From: Negaprion brevirostris
Taxonomy: Eukaryota
Reading direction: 5' to 3'
Length of the DNA: 64,000 bases
Assembly: GCA_030324005.1 (NCBI GenBank)
Contig: JARDVH010000150.1
Coordinates: 22,755,822 to 22,819,821, forward strand
Part shown: positions 12,359 to 24,345 of the stretch, piece by piece
Layout of the letters: every line of letters begins with the position of its first letter
Numbering within the stretch: the first letter of the stretch is position 1
Made by a program: the position numbers and the translations under genes
The notes under the pieces: generated by a model
Told to the model about the DNA's origin: nothing
Databases searched by the model: none
Seen by the model: only the letters and a program-made list of their open reading frames with translations

Positions 12359-15023
12359 AGGCAGTTTTTAGTTGCAGTTTGGACCTTGTGTGGTTTGCAG
12401 CTCGCTAAGAGCTAACCAAAGTAAATTACAGTTATATAATCCTGTTCTGTAAGCAGAATAAAATCCTCTCATCACAGATTGCATGGAATGCAGGTAAGGC
12501 TCAGTTTGACTTTTGTGAGGAAAGTTGGAAGGTTTCCTGGCACAACCGGAAGAATCTACAAGTGGTCTCTACAGAGTCTTGTGGTGAAGAGAATAAGCAG
12601 ATTAGCTCAGAAGTATTGGGAACATAATCAGAACATGGCACTGATGCATTCACTGTCAAGAGAAGTTAAACGTAAGTTACCTTGGAGAATATTTGAAGCT
12701 AAGGACTATGCCAGAAGACAATGGCATTCTTATGGTTGTTCCCTACAGAAGTAAGTAACTTTTAGATTGATGTGTTTTATAGGGGAATTCTTGATAGTAA
12801 GAAGTAAACCTATATACACAACTTACGTTGTTACCCTATCTTGTTAATTTAATAACGTTTGTTCAATTTGTCCTAAATACAATAGAGTTTGTATTTTGCT
12901 AAAAAAAAATCCTGTGGAGTAGTAATATTGGGTAAAACAAGGTGTCCAGATTTCTCTTTAAAGGTTAACAGTCCCTAACCAGATCGTAACAAATTAATGC
13001 CCAAAAAGGTAGGAAAAGCATGGACCAAGGCCACTGGGAAAAGGAGCACTGAAATTGTTGGAGCTTGATAGCAACTTAAAGAAAAAAATCCTATTGAGTA
13101 ATGCACTCTTGTGCTGTCACATTTGAAGTCCAACCAACTCATTAGCCTGCCACTCCATATGGTCAGAGAAACTAAGCAGCTTGTGTGGTCTTTCCAATGA
13201 CCATAACCCTGTGTGCATAATACTGGAAGAGGGTAAGGTGGAGGAACAGCAGCAAGAGACTTTGAGAGTGATAATGCCAATGCACACAATAACAGCCTTT
13301 GATCTCTAGTGCGGAGGCTGCACTTGGTTCTTGATTAATGCCAATGTTTACATCCTATCATAAGTTTCAATGGCAGAAATTGCCATTGGGATAATTGGTG
13401 CAGGGGACATTTGTAAAATGATGGCTTCATTTCTGCATTGGTGAACTCCAGGAAATTGGAAACCAATGGGCAGAAATTTCCCACTTAAGTCACAAGCCCA
13501 GTGTCAGGTTGATTTCCAGGTTGTAAAACCAGACAGGTATGTCGACATTTTCCTGCCCCCATACCCACACTTCTCAAATGCTCAGAAAATTCCCCCAATG
13601 AATCAGCCACATTTATAGAATTAAGTGTCAGGCAATCCAATGATAAGATGCAGAATATTGAATTCTAGACCACTGCAACATTGAACAGATGGCTGGTATT
13701 AGGTTACAATGCAGCAATTCAATCGAGTGATTCTGATCGCTCTAGTAGGTAATGATTGAAAGCAGAAACCAGGGATCCAATTAATGTATCAAATTCGCTG
13801 CTACCTAGGTACAATATTTTATGGTTTGTGTCTTTAAATTGCTTTAGCTTTTCTTACCGTCATACAGCATTCCTGATAAGTGCAGTATTCGTGAGAGAGA
13901 TGAAACACTTGCAGGCATATGGCACCATGAGATTTGACTAATTTTATTTTTAACGTAGTAGACCACAATAAAGTACTGCAGCAAAAATATTTACAATTAC
14001 AGATGGAAATCCTGATCCCACATCGGGAACATCTCCAGGGTATGTGCGGAGGAGGGGGCTGTAAAACGGAGCGGAAATGAGTTCCACTGAGATTCTGGAC
14101 TGTTCCGAATGGGCTGGGAAATTCCAACGGGGGTTCCCGTGAGGGCAACCTTCCACCTGCCTCTCCGTGTGAAGGCGCTAAAGCTTGGGGGGTGTGGTGG
14201 GGTTCCCAGGGCTCACAAACAAATTCTACTCACTACCTTCTTTGAATAATAATTATTCAGAAAAGACTGTCCAGATCTTCAAATTCTGTTATTTACTTGC
14301 TAAACATATGAAAGAAATAAACAATCCAGATGTGACATGGTAGGGAAATTGTTAACTTTAGCCCCAAAAGCTTTTGTCAACTTTAGCTCGCTTCAGATAC
14401 AGAAACACTGACAGACAGCTTTTACATCCAGCCAACCAACAAATAGGGCCTGCTTGGTTGAGGAAGAGCCGTGGATCCTGTAGATGAAGAGAATGGCTCC
14501 TGGCTGGTGGGTCAATGTATGGTACCACTGGTAATGCATGCTCACTTGTTAGTTGAAATTGCAAGTGGGGCCTCGGTTTGTATTATTCAAGAGCCTCCTG
14601 CTTGCTTTGTGCACCAGTGCTTATCACCCGTTTGAAGGCCTGACTGAAAACTGAATCAGTTGGGTAATTAGGTATCCAAGTTACTCAACAGACATTCCTC
14701 TGCCAGACAAGAATTAGTTGAACAGCCTACCCCTGATCTCTCCAGGATCTGGGTATTTCTTGTGATGGGATAACAATGGCATATTGAAGATTCTGTTTAG
14801 GAAGAAGCAGCTTTGTATGTCCTAAAACATATCACCCTGGCAGCATTTGGAATTTACTTTTTAATCAAAAACTCTAAAAACTAGTAAAATTAAAAATTAA
14901 AGCTTTGGGTGTTTGTACACATTCTTGACTGTTCTGAGAAAATTCTCGCCCCCCATTTATAAAAGTCCGGCAGTGTATCCTAGTTATTGTCCCTTTGTGG
15001 GTTACACAGTTTCAGTCACATAC

Positions 15024-15147
15024 CCGCTTGATGAGCTGCTTGGCAAAGTTCTCCTCATCCCTGCACTTGGTGGATTCAAATCATAGGCCAAGTGACCTTG
15101 TAACTCTCCGAGAGAGAAATTTGGCCCTGTTCCTGTCACAATGGGAG
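15024..15147 (-). CDS. NFIC: NFIC internal coding exon (equivalent to human exon 5), 124 nt, phase 1-2
   Basis: tttctttaaattttag|CTCCCATT...AGCGG|gtatgt. Translates (T)[41 protein letters not shown]; [16 protein letters not shown] is characteristic of NFIC among NFI paralogues. Confidence 0.97.
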
Positions 15148-16284
15148 CTAAAATTTAAAGAAATTAAAACATATGGTTAAAACTTGTAATCAAACTCAGG
15201 TTTAAATTTCTTTACATGCTTGTCTGCATCTCTAAATTGGAAATCTAATTTCTCTATGTGCAACTTTATATCCTAGATATGGAGCATTTCTAATAACTGC
15301 AAAACACAGTGAAGTTGAATGACCTGAATTCAAAAATTCACAGTACTTTTAAAATATTTACAAAATTCTTTTAAGAAATATATGGTTCAGCAGTAATAGC
15401 TGCTAAGGAACACCCTGAATGTCCTCTGTATGTCTTGTTAATGAAATATCTATAACTTCTTTAGCTTTCTCCAACAGCTTCTCCTCTTGAACTTGAATTG
15501 TTTGTTGTGTTATGTCCTGCCACATAGAGTATTCATTTCTATTGGGTCCCACTGTTCTTGTGAGGGCAGCTGGGTCTGCACATCTCCATCAATGTCTGTT
15601 TTCAAAGAGGTGCATGATGGCAACCTGGTGACATCAATCCTGTACCACTTCCCTCCCCTCAATGTAGGGAGTCACTTGTCAGCACCTCTCTCCGAGGAGC
15701 TTAGCCAACCTCCATCAAACTTACATCCTCACACTATGTGATATTTGAGGTAACATTCGTAAGTACTGTGTGTGCCTACTCCATCCAAAAGAAGGTATTC
15801 AGTTTTATCTTGCAATATTTTAAGGAACAAATTTGATGTGATCCATCCAAATGGCTGCTAAGTACAAATAATGCTTTTGGCAGCAATTATATGTTGATAA
15901 CACAACTGCTTACTGCTTTATTGTTTCTCACAAGTCGAGACAGGCCTTTAAAGTAGATCATTTCCACCGTAAGGTTACTTAAAAAGGAGAACGCTTGAGT
16001 AAACCTCAAATCCATTTGGAGTTATCAGCATTAGACTTTTAAAAAATCTCTCCAAAATGATGACTGAAATTCTCCAAATCCTTAGGTATGAAATGGCAGA
16101 CATGAAGCTTCTGGGAGGTAAGGTAAAATAAAGGAAGTGGAAGAGCTAAAAGGGGACAACCAAATTAAAGAATTGTAAATCATAGGTAGGAGCAACTTTA
16201 TCAAAAAGCGAACACCTCCATCAGTTCAAAGAAAAAAGTGACAGAAGCAAAGAAGAACAAAGACAGCAACAACTAAATGAAGAA

Positions 16285-16627
16285 GCAGCATGGTGGCAGA
16301 GTGGTTTGCGCTGCTGCCTCAGAGTGCCAAGCACCCGTGGGTGACTGTATGGAATTTGCACATTCGTCTTGTGTCTGCGTGAGTTTCCATCACATGCTCT
16401 GCTTTCCTCCCACAATCCAAAGATGTGCGGCTTAGGTGGATTGGCCGTGCTAAATTGCCTCTTAGTGTCCCAAGATGAATAGGTAAGATGGATTAGCCAT
16501 GGGAAATGTGTGGGCTTATGGAATAGGGAGGGGAAGAGGGCCTGAGTAAGATACTGAGTCAGAGAGTTGGTGCAGTTTTAATGGGCCGAATAGCCTCCTC
16601 TGCATTGTAGGGATTCTATGATTCCAT
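16285..16627 (+). mobile_element. HE1/V-SINE-type SINE
   Basis: gcagcatggtggcagagtggtt..ctgctgcctcag head; ggattggccgtgctaaattgcc; tail tgtagggattctatgatt. Confidence 0.82.
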
Positions 16628-16929
16628 AAGTATTTGTTAGATGCATAATTAAATGGAAACAAATTAGATTAGTTTGTAAAAATAGAAGGGAACAAGAGGA
16701 AAAATTTAACAAAAAAGGAACATAACTGACAGAAGTATATCAAAGATGGATATCATGACATGTATTTGTTATGGGTTTTGACAATCAATTCTTTTCTTAG
16801 GAGAATGGATAGGCGCAGGACAATACCTACAGATGGTAAATTAGAGTTAAAAAATGAAATGAAGGTAGAAATGGGATTGAGAGAATGAAGCATTATATCT
16901 ATGTTTGGGATAAATTACATAAGGAAGAA

Positions 16930-18020
16930 ACAGAAGAGGAATCTTAAAAGCTCACATTGGGGGATTGATTGGCACAATGCTTAAAGAGTGCAAATTAATG
17001 TTTCCTGACATAGTTCCAGTGTTTGGAAGAAGGGAGGAAGTTGACGAAAAAAACTGAGGAGGTAAATAAGTGGGTGGCATCATGCTGTAAGAACAAGCTA
17101 CCTTCATAAGTAACTGAGAATCCTTGCTGGAAGAAATGTGACTAGTACAGGATAAACTAAGCAGGAACAAAGAGGTAATGTTGAAGCAGCAGCAGGAACT
17201 CATGTAAGCTGGATGGATGTGGGTGCAAGCCGGGAGGCATGGAGTAAACAATTTTTCAAATGAAGCAGATCATAGAGTGGAAGGTAGTTAACAGGTATGT
17301 GGAATACAAATACCTTGAGACAGGCACACAGGAGCAAGAGTTCAGGAATGGACAGACACTGGGGAATATGAGAAGAAGCAAATCTATAATAAAATATACA
17401 CACATGAACACTAGAAGCATTAGAAATAAGATGCTGGAACTGGATACTGTTGTGGCTGTTGGGAGCTAACAATGTGGTGGAAATATCATAAACATGGCTA
17501 AATGTTGAGGCTGGAAGTGAATGCAACATTCAAGAGCAGAGAGCAAAGACAAGAGTTCCCAGAAGAAGGTCATGTAATCCTATATGTCAGGGACACCTAG
17601 AAAGTAAAAGAGATTGACCTAGAATCTTGTTTAGGCCAGTTTTCAAGCTGGCAGATTGTGAGAAAGTGATCTTCCAGAAAAGATGACAGCAGCTTGAGTT
17701 TTGCAGACTAGAAAGGAAGCATGAGACATGCACTTAAAGTGGTTTACAAGATTGTTGAGGATACAAAAACCTTATTACTTTAAATTAAACTCCAAGAGAA
17801 GAAGGGGACACAAGTTCAAACTAGTTTAGGACTGATAACAGCGAATTTTTGTGTTCACAGAAAGAGTGTTTCACATGTGGATTGAATTTCTAGCAGGGAA
17901 AGAAAACACTGGAATCATTTACAGAAGTCACCAGAATGCTCCAACAAGGAGCTGTTAGAGATCTTTCCAGCGGATGAATTAAGATGGGATGAATAGCCTG
18001 GCTCATATGTAACTATCTTA
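16930..18020 (+). mobile_element. Highly decayed CR1 LINE (ORF1/ORF2 junction and 3' end)
   Basis: YTHMNTRSIRNKMLEL at about 17395-17440 matches the start of the CR1 ORF2 endonuclease (NARSIRNK); 3' piece gggacacaagttcaaacta...ttcacagaaagagtg. Confidence 0.55.
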
Positions 18021-18273
18021 CAATTCAATCCTAAAAGTTAAATTAAACTTTTCCTTACAAGCATCTTTCTGAAATTAAACCTAACTTATTTTACCATTAT
18101 ATAATAGCAAATTGTACGGTTTTACCTATAGTATAGCATCAGATAATAAAAGAGAAATGTTTTGGTACAAATGGCCACTATTTCTAATAACCAATCTGAA
18201 GACATTTTTTAAGGGTCTATGCTAAATATGGTACTGAAGCTATTAACGGGACATGAATAAAAACAACACTTAC

Positions 18274-18348
18274 TTCTGGATACTTGCACTAGCTCATTTA
18301 CATTGAAGACGCCTGAAGTCACAAAGCTGTCCTGAAATTCTGTGTGTT
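18274..18348 (-). CDS. NFIC: NFIC internal coding exon (equivalent to human exon 4), 75 nt, phase 1-1
   Basis: gtctcgtctttcgcag|AACACACAGAA...TCCAGAA|gtaagt. Translates (E)HTEFQDSFVTSGVFNVNELVQVSR, the NFI-family FQ[DE]SFVTSGVF motif. Confidence 0.97.
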
Positions 18349-19089
18349 CTGCGAAAGACGAGACATAACAAGTCAATGAAGAGTTTGTGAAAGTATCATT
18401 TGCTTTTCATCGAAAGGAGTGTGAGCACTAAGTTGAGGAGAGGCGTTTCCCAGAGTTGCCACCCTCATCAACTCAAAGCGTAACACTAAATGTTGGGATT
18501 AGAAATGTTACGGCCATAACAATAGTTTCAGCACTGGTGTTGAAATACTGTTTTCTTTCCCTGCTTCAATTACCCGGTTGTCATTACATTAGAATGAGTG
18601 AATGGACACAGCCCAGAAGAGGGCCTTTTGGATCACCGGCTTTCTCCAAGAGCAACTTATCTACTTTCACCACCATGTCTTTTCGCCATTGCCCAGAAAA
18701 TTTTCTCTCCTCAGACAGCTACTTAATTCTCTCTGAAAATCACAAGTGAATCTACTTCCGCCACGCTTTCTGGCAGTGCATTCCAGACCTTAACCATTCA
18801 CTGCATAAAAATGTTTTTCCTCACGTCATTTTTGCTTCTTTTAAATCACTATCTTCTGATTCTTAGTCCTTGCACCAATGGGAACTGTTTCTCCCTATCT
18901 ACTCGTGTTTAGCTCCCTCATGATGTTGAGCCTCTCTCTCAAATTTCTCCTCAACCTTCTCTTCTCCAAAGAAAACAACCAGTTTTTCCAATGTAGTGAT
19001 GTAACTGAAGTTCCTCATTCTTGGAACCATTCCCATGAATCTTTTCTGCAGCCAGTCTAATGCCTTCATATCCTGCCTAAAGTGTGATG

Positions 19090-19251
19090 ATGTGGAGATG
19101 CCGACGTTGGATTGGGGTAAGCAACACCAGGTTAAAGTCCAACAAGTTTATTTGGCAGCACTAGCTTTTGGCGTCTCAGGCTTCTTCATCAGGTGAGTGA
19201 GGACTTGTGTTCACAAGTAGGGCATACACAGACAATCAATTTCACAATCAC
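19090..19251 (-). mobile_element. Penelope-like terminal fragment with hammerhead motif (copy 2)
   Basis: Perfect 10-bp direct repeat aagtgtgatg at 19080-19089 and 19252-19261. Minus strand CAC-CTGATGA-agaagcctgagacgcc-AAAA-gcta-GTG. Confidence 0.75.
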
Positions 19252-19360
19252 AAGTGTGATGCCCAGAACTGGTCACAATATTCCAGTGAGGGCTGAAGCA
19301 GTCTTTTTTAAGGTTTATGGTAAATTTCTTACTTTTAAAATCTATGCCTCTATTTATAAA

Positions 19361-19510
19361 TGATGTGGAGATGCTGGTGTTGGACTGGGGTAAACACAGT
19401 AAGAAGTCTCACAACACCAGGACTAAAGTCCAACAAAGCACTTCGAAAGCTAGTGGTTTGTGCTACCAAATAAACCTGTGGGACTTGAACCTGGTGTTGT
19501 GAGACTTCTT
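19361..19510. mobile_element. Penelope-like terminal fragment with internal inversion (copy 3)
   Basis: Perfect 10-bp direct repeat tatttataaa at 19351-19360 and 19511-19520. aagaagtctcacaacaccagg (19401) is inverted at cctggtgttgtgagacttctt (ends 19510). Confidence 0.75.
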
Positions 19511-19674
19511 TATTTATAAAGCCAGGGATCTTGCAGAGAGGAAATAAGTGTGAATCTTGACACAGAAATTAAACAGTGAGCCTTCTTCCAACGACATAAA
19601 TAAGCATAGAACAATCTCATACACATTTGGAAATCTTTCTGCTCACAAGCTACAGATGGTCCACCACAGCGGGG

Positions 19675-19950
19675 TGGCATGGTAGCACAATGGTTATCAC
19701 TGTTGCTTCACAGTACCAAGGACCTGGGTTCAATTCACAGCTTGGGTCACTATTTGTGTGGGATTTGCATGTTCTCCCATGTCTGCGTGGGTTCCCTTCG
19801 GGTGCTCCGGTTCCTTCCCACATTCTGAAAGACGTACTGGTTAAGTACATTGACCTGAACAGGCGCTGGAGTGTGGCAAATAGGGTAATTTTACAGTAAC
19901 TTCATTGCATTGTTAATGTAAGCCTTACTTGTGATGAATAAATAATTAAC
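19675..19950 (+). mobile_element. V-SINE with alternative tail
   Basis: ggcatggtagcacaatggttatcactgttgcttcacag head, gggtgctccggtt, tail ttacagtaacttcattgc...tgtaagcc.tacttgtga..aataaata. Confidence 0.82.
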
Positions 19951-20982
19951 TTGATCTTTACAGATGCTCTACCTGTAACAGTATTGACTTCATTCTCAAC
20001 TCTTCTCATAGCAAAGAGAAAAGGCACTTTCACTGTTGCAGGGCGTCCTGATTTCACACTTAACCATGAACATCTCTTTTTTTTCTATAGGAGGCTGCTT
20101 TTAACAAATGGCAAGTCACCACTACCAGGGGAGGACCTGCTACAGCAGGTGACTCTGAGGCTGTAACAATGGAATGTGAGAGAGGTGAGAAGAGATGGTA
20201 AAGTGGATGGGCAAATACCTAATGAAAGCTGCTGGTTCACTTTAATATCCTTCTTCAAATCAAACTCAGATCAATAGATCTGAATTCGCATGGCAATTCC
20301 CTGCAGAGCGTAATCCAACTCTGTATGAACCCTTGCATTTGTACATCTTCATATTATTGGTAGAATGGCACAGCACACAAAACCTGTATGAAACAGTCTT
20401 CTGCGCTGTCACAATGAGTACATATTGGAGTTGAGTTTTTCTTTTGTATTTTGGTAAATATGGGATTAAGGAATCCCTGCTTATTTTCTGAGAAATTACA
20501 GATAGGTCATGTATCTTGGGTAGTTTTTTTCTCTGTTGTTGGCATCTCCCGTGATGTTGGAGTGGGGGAAATTAAGTTTTGGTGCACCCCCGGGCATAGT
20601 TGACTAATCTTTGAATATCTAGCCTTGTTAGGTTGGCCTTCTCTTTTGATATAGCTGCGTGGACAGTGGCAGTGGTTGTTTGATTATTTGGTCCATGAAA
20701 TGTATGGTGGTCTTATTGTCCAGTGATTAGGATTTCTCTGATGATGGAAAATGAGTTGAATCTCATTAATAGTGGGGCCTAGATGGCGCTCTTGTAATAC
20801 CTCCAGAGGAGGATAATTGGTGTGTAAGAGTGATGTGAGTATTCTTGGTTTATTGGCTCTTAATGTAGGGTATAGTAGGGCAGCAGTGACTGTGTTTATC
20901 TGGGTTAGATGGGGGAGCAGAGTGTTCTCCCAAGGGGGAGCTTTGGGGGCCTCAGGACTGACCTTCTTCCTGAGGCTTGATT

Positions 20983-21232
20983 CATAAGAACATAAGAAAT
21001 AGGAGCAGGAGTAGGCCATCTAGCTCTTCGAGCCTGCCCCGCCATTCAATAAGATCANNNNNNNNNNNNNNNNNNNNNNNNNNNNNNNNNNNNNNNNNNN
21101 NNNNNNNNNNNNNNNNNNNNNNNNNNNNNNNNNNNNNNNNNNNNNNNNNNNNNNNNNTTTCTTTCAGAACCCTTGGATGCATTCCATCCGGTCCTGGGGA
21201 CTTGTCCACAATCAGTCCCTCCAGTCTGTCGA
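20983..21232 (-). mobile_element. Young CR1 LINE spanning a gap
   Basis: Minus strand DKSPGPDGMHPRVLKE (CR1 pre-RT motif) plus 3' tail cataagaacataagaaataggagcagg. Confidence 0.9.
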
Positions 21233-22372
21233 GCCATTCCCCTCAATTCCCCTCGGGATGTGGTGTCCTGCTGGTTGTGGGGCCCAAGTGCGAGTCCAGA
21301 TGTGGTAGTTCAGCACTGTTACAGTATTTCTTCGGCTGGAGATTTGGCTGGTTGGAAGTGGTATTATGTGGAGACTTCAGTATGTCTGCCCCCTAAGTTT
21401 GGACTCCGGTGGATGGGGATTGAGAAATGGAATGTCCTGTGCATGGTAAGGTTGTGCTGCTCTGTTCCTGGTATCCTTCTTGAGAGATTGTATACTGAAA
21501 AATTACATTTGGCAATTATTAGACAATCCTCTCTTTTTGGGGCTTTCTCTCTTTAACAAGGTTGGTGGGGTGTTGATGTAGGCTCTGATTTGTTATAGTT
21601 TATTCTGGTGCATTTCCTTTATCTTGCTGGGAGTTGGAGGGTTGTATTCCTCCCTGAGATATCCTGTTGACGTGTGTCTCGATGATTCTTCTGTTTGTCA
21701 GTCCTTGGAGGAAAACGGTTAAAACTTTCTGGTGATGTGGAGTCTGATTGGTGCTTCTGATTTGGTTGTAGAGGAGGGAGATTTGTGGTCCTACCTGTTT
21801 GGATGAGGTGTGTGAGTCCTTGGCTTACAGGTTCATATATATGAGAGCATATGCTGCTATGCTATGGCCTGTACCAATGGCTGGACCCTTTTCTGGATTA
21901 TCCTTTCATTGCCTAAAGATCCTGGGATGCTGATTTAGGCTCTTGTACATTATTCCATAAGGGATCCCACATATTTTGCAACCCTGTCTAAGTTATGTTA
22001 TGGAGGAGATGGTGCACACTGGGGCCGTGTGCTCATGATTTTATGCTGTTATCCTGAAATCCTGCACTCTTTCTGATATCCTTTCTTTATGAGAAGACAC
22101 CAGCTACAACAATTGCAATGATGGATAGTTATAATCATTTGTATGAATATTCACTGGTCTTTTCTGAATGTTAATGTGGACTAATAATTACTCTAGATTG
22201 TACTAGATTTTGAGGATTTTGTGGCAAAATGTAAAATGAAAACTTTTAATAAAAATATTCTAAAAAAAGAAAAAGAATTAAGATTTAATTTTATTTTTAT
22301 GTCAATACAGTGTGGAAGTGAATGGGTTAATAGCTCCAGTAACAAAATGAATTTAACATAAGCATGTTAAGA

Positions 22373-23186
22373 ATATGTACAATAACACAGCCAATGGTGC
22401 TGGATTGAGTTAATGAGAACAAGTTAGTGAGTAAGTGGGAATCCTGTGGTACAGCTCAGTGTTTTTGAAGTGGTACTAATAATAGCATGATCACACACTT
22501 AATGGGTATGGATGTAATGACTGCGGCATTGGATTAAGAACCTAAATGTTTTCGCATTACATCACACTGTACTTCTACCAGTGAAGTGTCTAGAGCTACA
22601 TAGTAGGACTCACTCTCTACATCTAGCAACTTCAGAAGCTTGTTGGGATATAAGCTCAGTTACCAGTCTTCTTAGTGCTTCCTGGAAACTGGACGGCTTG
22701 CTGGGTCCTATCTCCTGAGCAATATTTATGTGTGGAAGATAGTGAAGGGACAGCTGGCGCACCTACAGCTGGGGTGGGGAAGCTTTAAGGTTTACAAATG
22801 ACTGAAGGCCAAGCTTACGACAAAGATTTGATCCTGCTATATCCTCATAATGCCAGGGGTGCAAGATGACATGGGGAACTACCTACATTGCTTCTGGTGC
22901 TGTGTCAAAATTAAATCCTAGTGGTTTAATATCCTTGCGGATCTTGAGTGTATTGGGGAGCATGCTGGTAGGTTGAATGTCACAAGGGTTTGCAATATTT
23001 ATCCATTTTTTCTTCTTTTAATCTTCACATTTATAATGATGCTTTATACTATGTGGTATCTTTAACTCTCATGCTATTATTAGTACCACTTCAAAAACAG
23101 TGAGTTGTGCCACAGGATTCCCATTTACTCATGAACTTATTCTCATTAACTCAATCCAGCACCATTGGCTGTGTTATCGTACATAT
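22373..23186. repeat. 118-bp inverted repeat pair (22373-22490 and 23069-23186) with a 578-bp spacer
   Basis: Manual alignment of the left-arm reverse complement to the right arm gives about 8 mismatches in 118 nt and no gaps. Confidence 0.92.
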
Positions 23187-23279
23187 CATGGCTAATATGC
23201 AGGGAGGTGGGCCACCCATTTTGTGAGGGCAAGATTATGCAGGAAAATCCAAACATAGAACTTTCTCTCTGCTGTAGAG

Positions 23280-23583
23280 TTTAAGTTTATTTATAAGTTT
23301 ATTTATCGTCACAAGTAGGCTAACATTAACATTGTAGTGAAGTTACTGTGAAAATCCCCTAGTCACCACACTCTGGTGCATATTTGGGTACACTGACGAA
23401 GAATTTAGCACGGCCAATGCATCTAATCAGCATGTCTTTCGGACAGTGGGAGGAAACCGGAGCACCTGGAGGAAATCCACACAGAGATGGGGAGAACGGG
23501 CAGACTCCACACAGACAGTGACCCAAGCCAGGGTCCCTGGTGCTGTGAAGCAGCAGTGCGAACCACTGTGTCACTGTGCTGCA
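23280..23583 (-). mobile_element. V-SINE with alternative tail
   Basis: Plus strand aagtttatttat..gtcacaagtaggct..cattaaca...gtgggaggaaaccggagcacc...gcagcagtgcgaaccactgtg. Confidence 0.85.
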
Positions 23584-24119
23584 GAAGGCCAAGGACTGAA
23601 TTCTGAACTTAAGTTGATTCTTCACGGTGGTACTCTCCAGCTTGTTGTTACATTTTAACAAATTTGCTTATGTCTAATTGGGCATGATTGTGACCAAACA
23701 AGATTTCAGACATTATATCTGCTCTTGGACCACTACTAATATTGTTCTTGATCGATTTGATTTTATTGTTAGCTTTACCACCAAATGGAAGATGTTCACC
23801 GATAGTTTTCTTATCACAGCTGAGTGATTCAAGGAAGTTGCCATCTCATACAGCGCAACTTTTTGTATGTTCAATGGATGATATTGGAATAGTGTAGGTT
23901 AATGGGCTTTAGATTGGTTTCACTGGTCAGTGCAACATTGAGGGCTGAAAGGCCTGTACTGCACTGTAATGTTCTATGTTCTAAAACATCTCCTGGCTAG
24001 GGCTGAAATCACAACATACGAAAGACAGGTGGAATATTAAGTAATATTAAAATGGTCATTGTGATATCGTGGGGTAAATTTACTTGTATCAAGTAGGTGG
24101 AGAGCAATTTTCCCAAAAC

Positions 24120-24345
24120 AGTCCCCTTCCAAGCCACACGCCACCCTGACTTGGAACTTTATTGCAGTTCCTTCAGTATCATTAGGTCAAAATTCTGGAA
24201 CTCCCTTCCAAACAGCACTGAGAAGTACCTGCATCACAGACATTTCAACAGTTCAAGAAGGCAGTTCACCGTTACCTTTTCAAGGGCAACTAGGGATAAG
24301 CAATAAATGCTAGCCTAGCCAGCGATGCCTACATCCCATGGACAA
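24120..24345 (+). mobile_element. Non-LTR retrotransposon 3' end
   Basis: ccaagccacac..cctgacttggaa...ctggaactcccttcc...ttcaagaaggcag..cacc...agggcaactagggat..gcaataaatgc; related decayed piece at about 54200-54335. Confidence 0.6.

Larger units (their letters stand above)
18590..19532 (-). mobile_element. CR1 3' fragment hosting two Penelope-terminus insertions
   Basis: ggcagtgcattccagaccttaacca..ctgcataaaaatgtttttcctcacgtc; cctcaaccttctcttctcc; cccagaactgg; tctatgcctctatttataaagcc. Confidence 0.75.

Noticed and set aside
11633-12991. Possible solo LTR ending gatcgtaaca around the CR1 insertion
   Set aside because: Could not define a TG start or a TSD; insufficient support.
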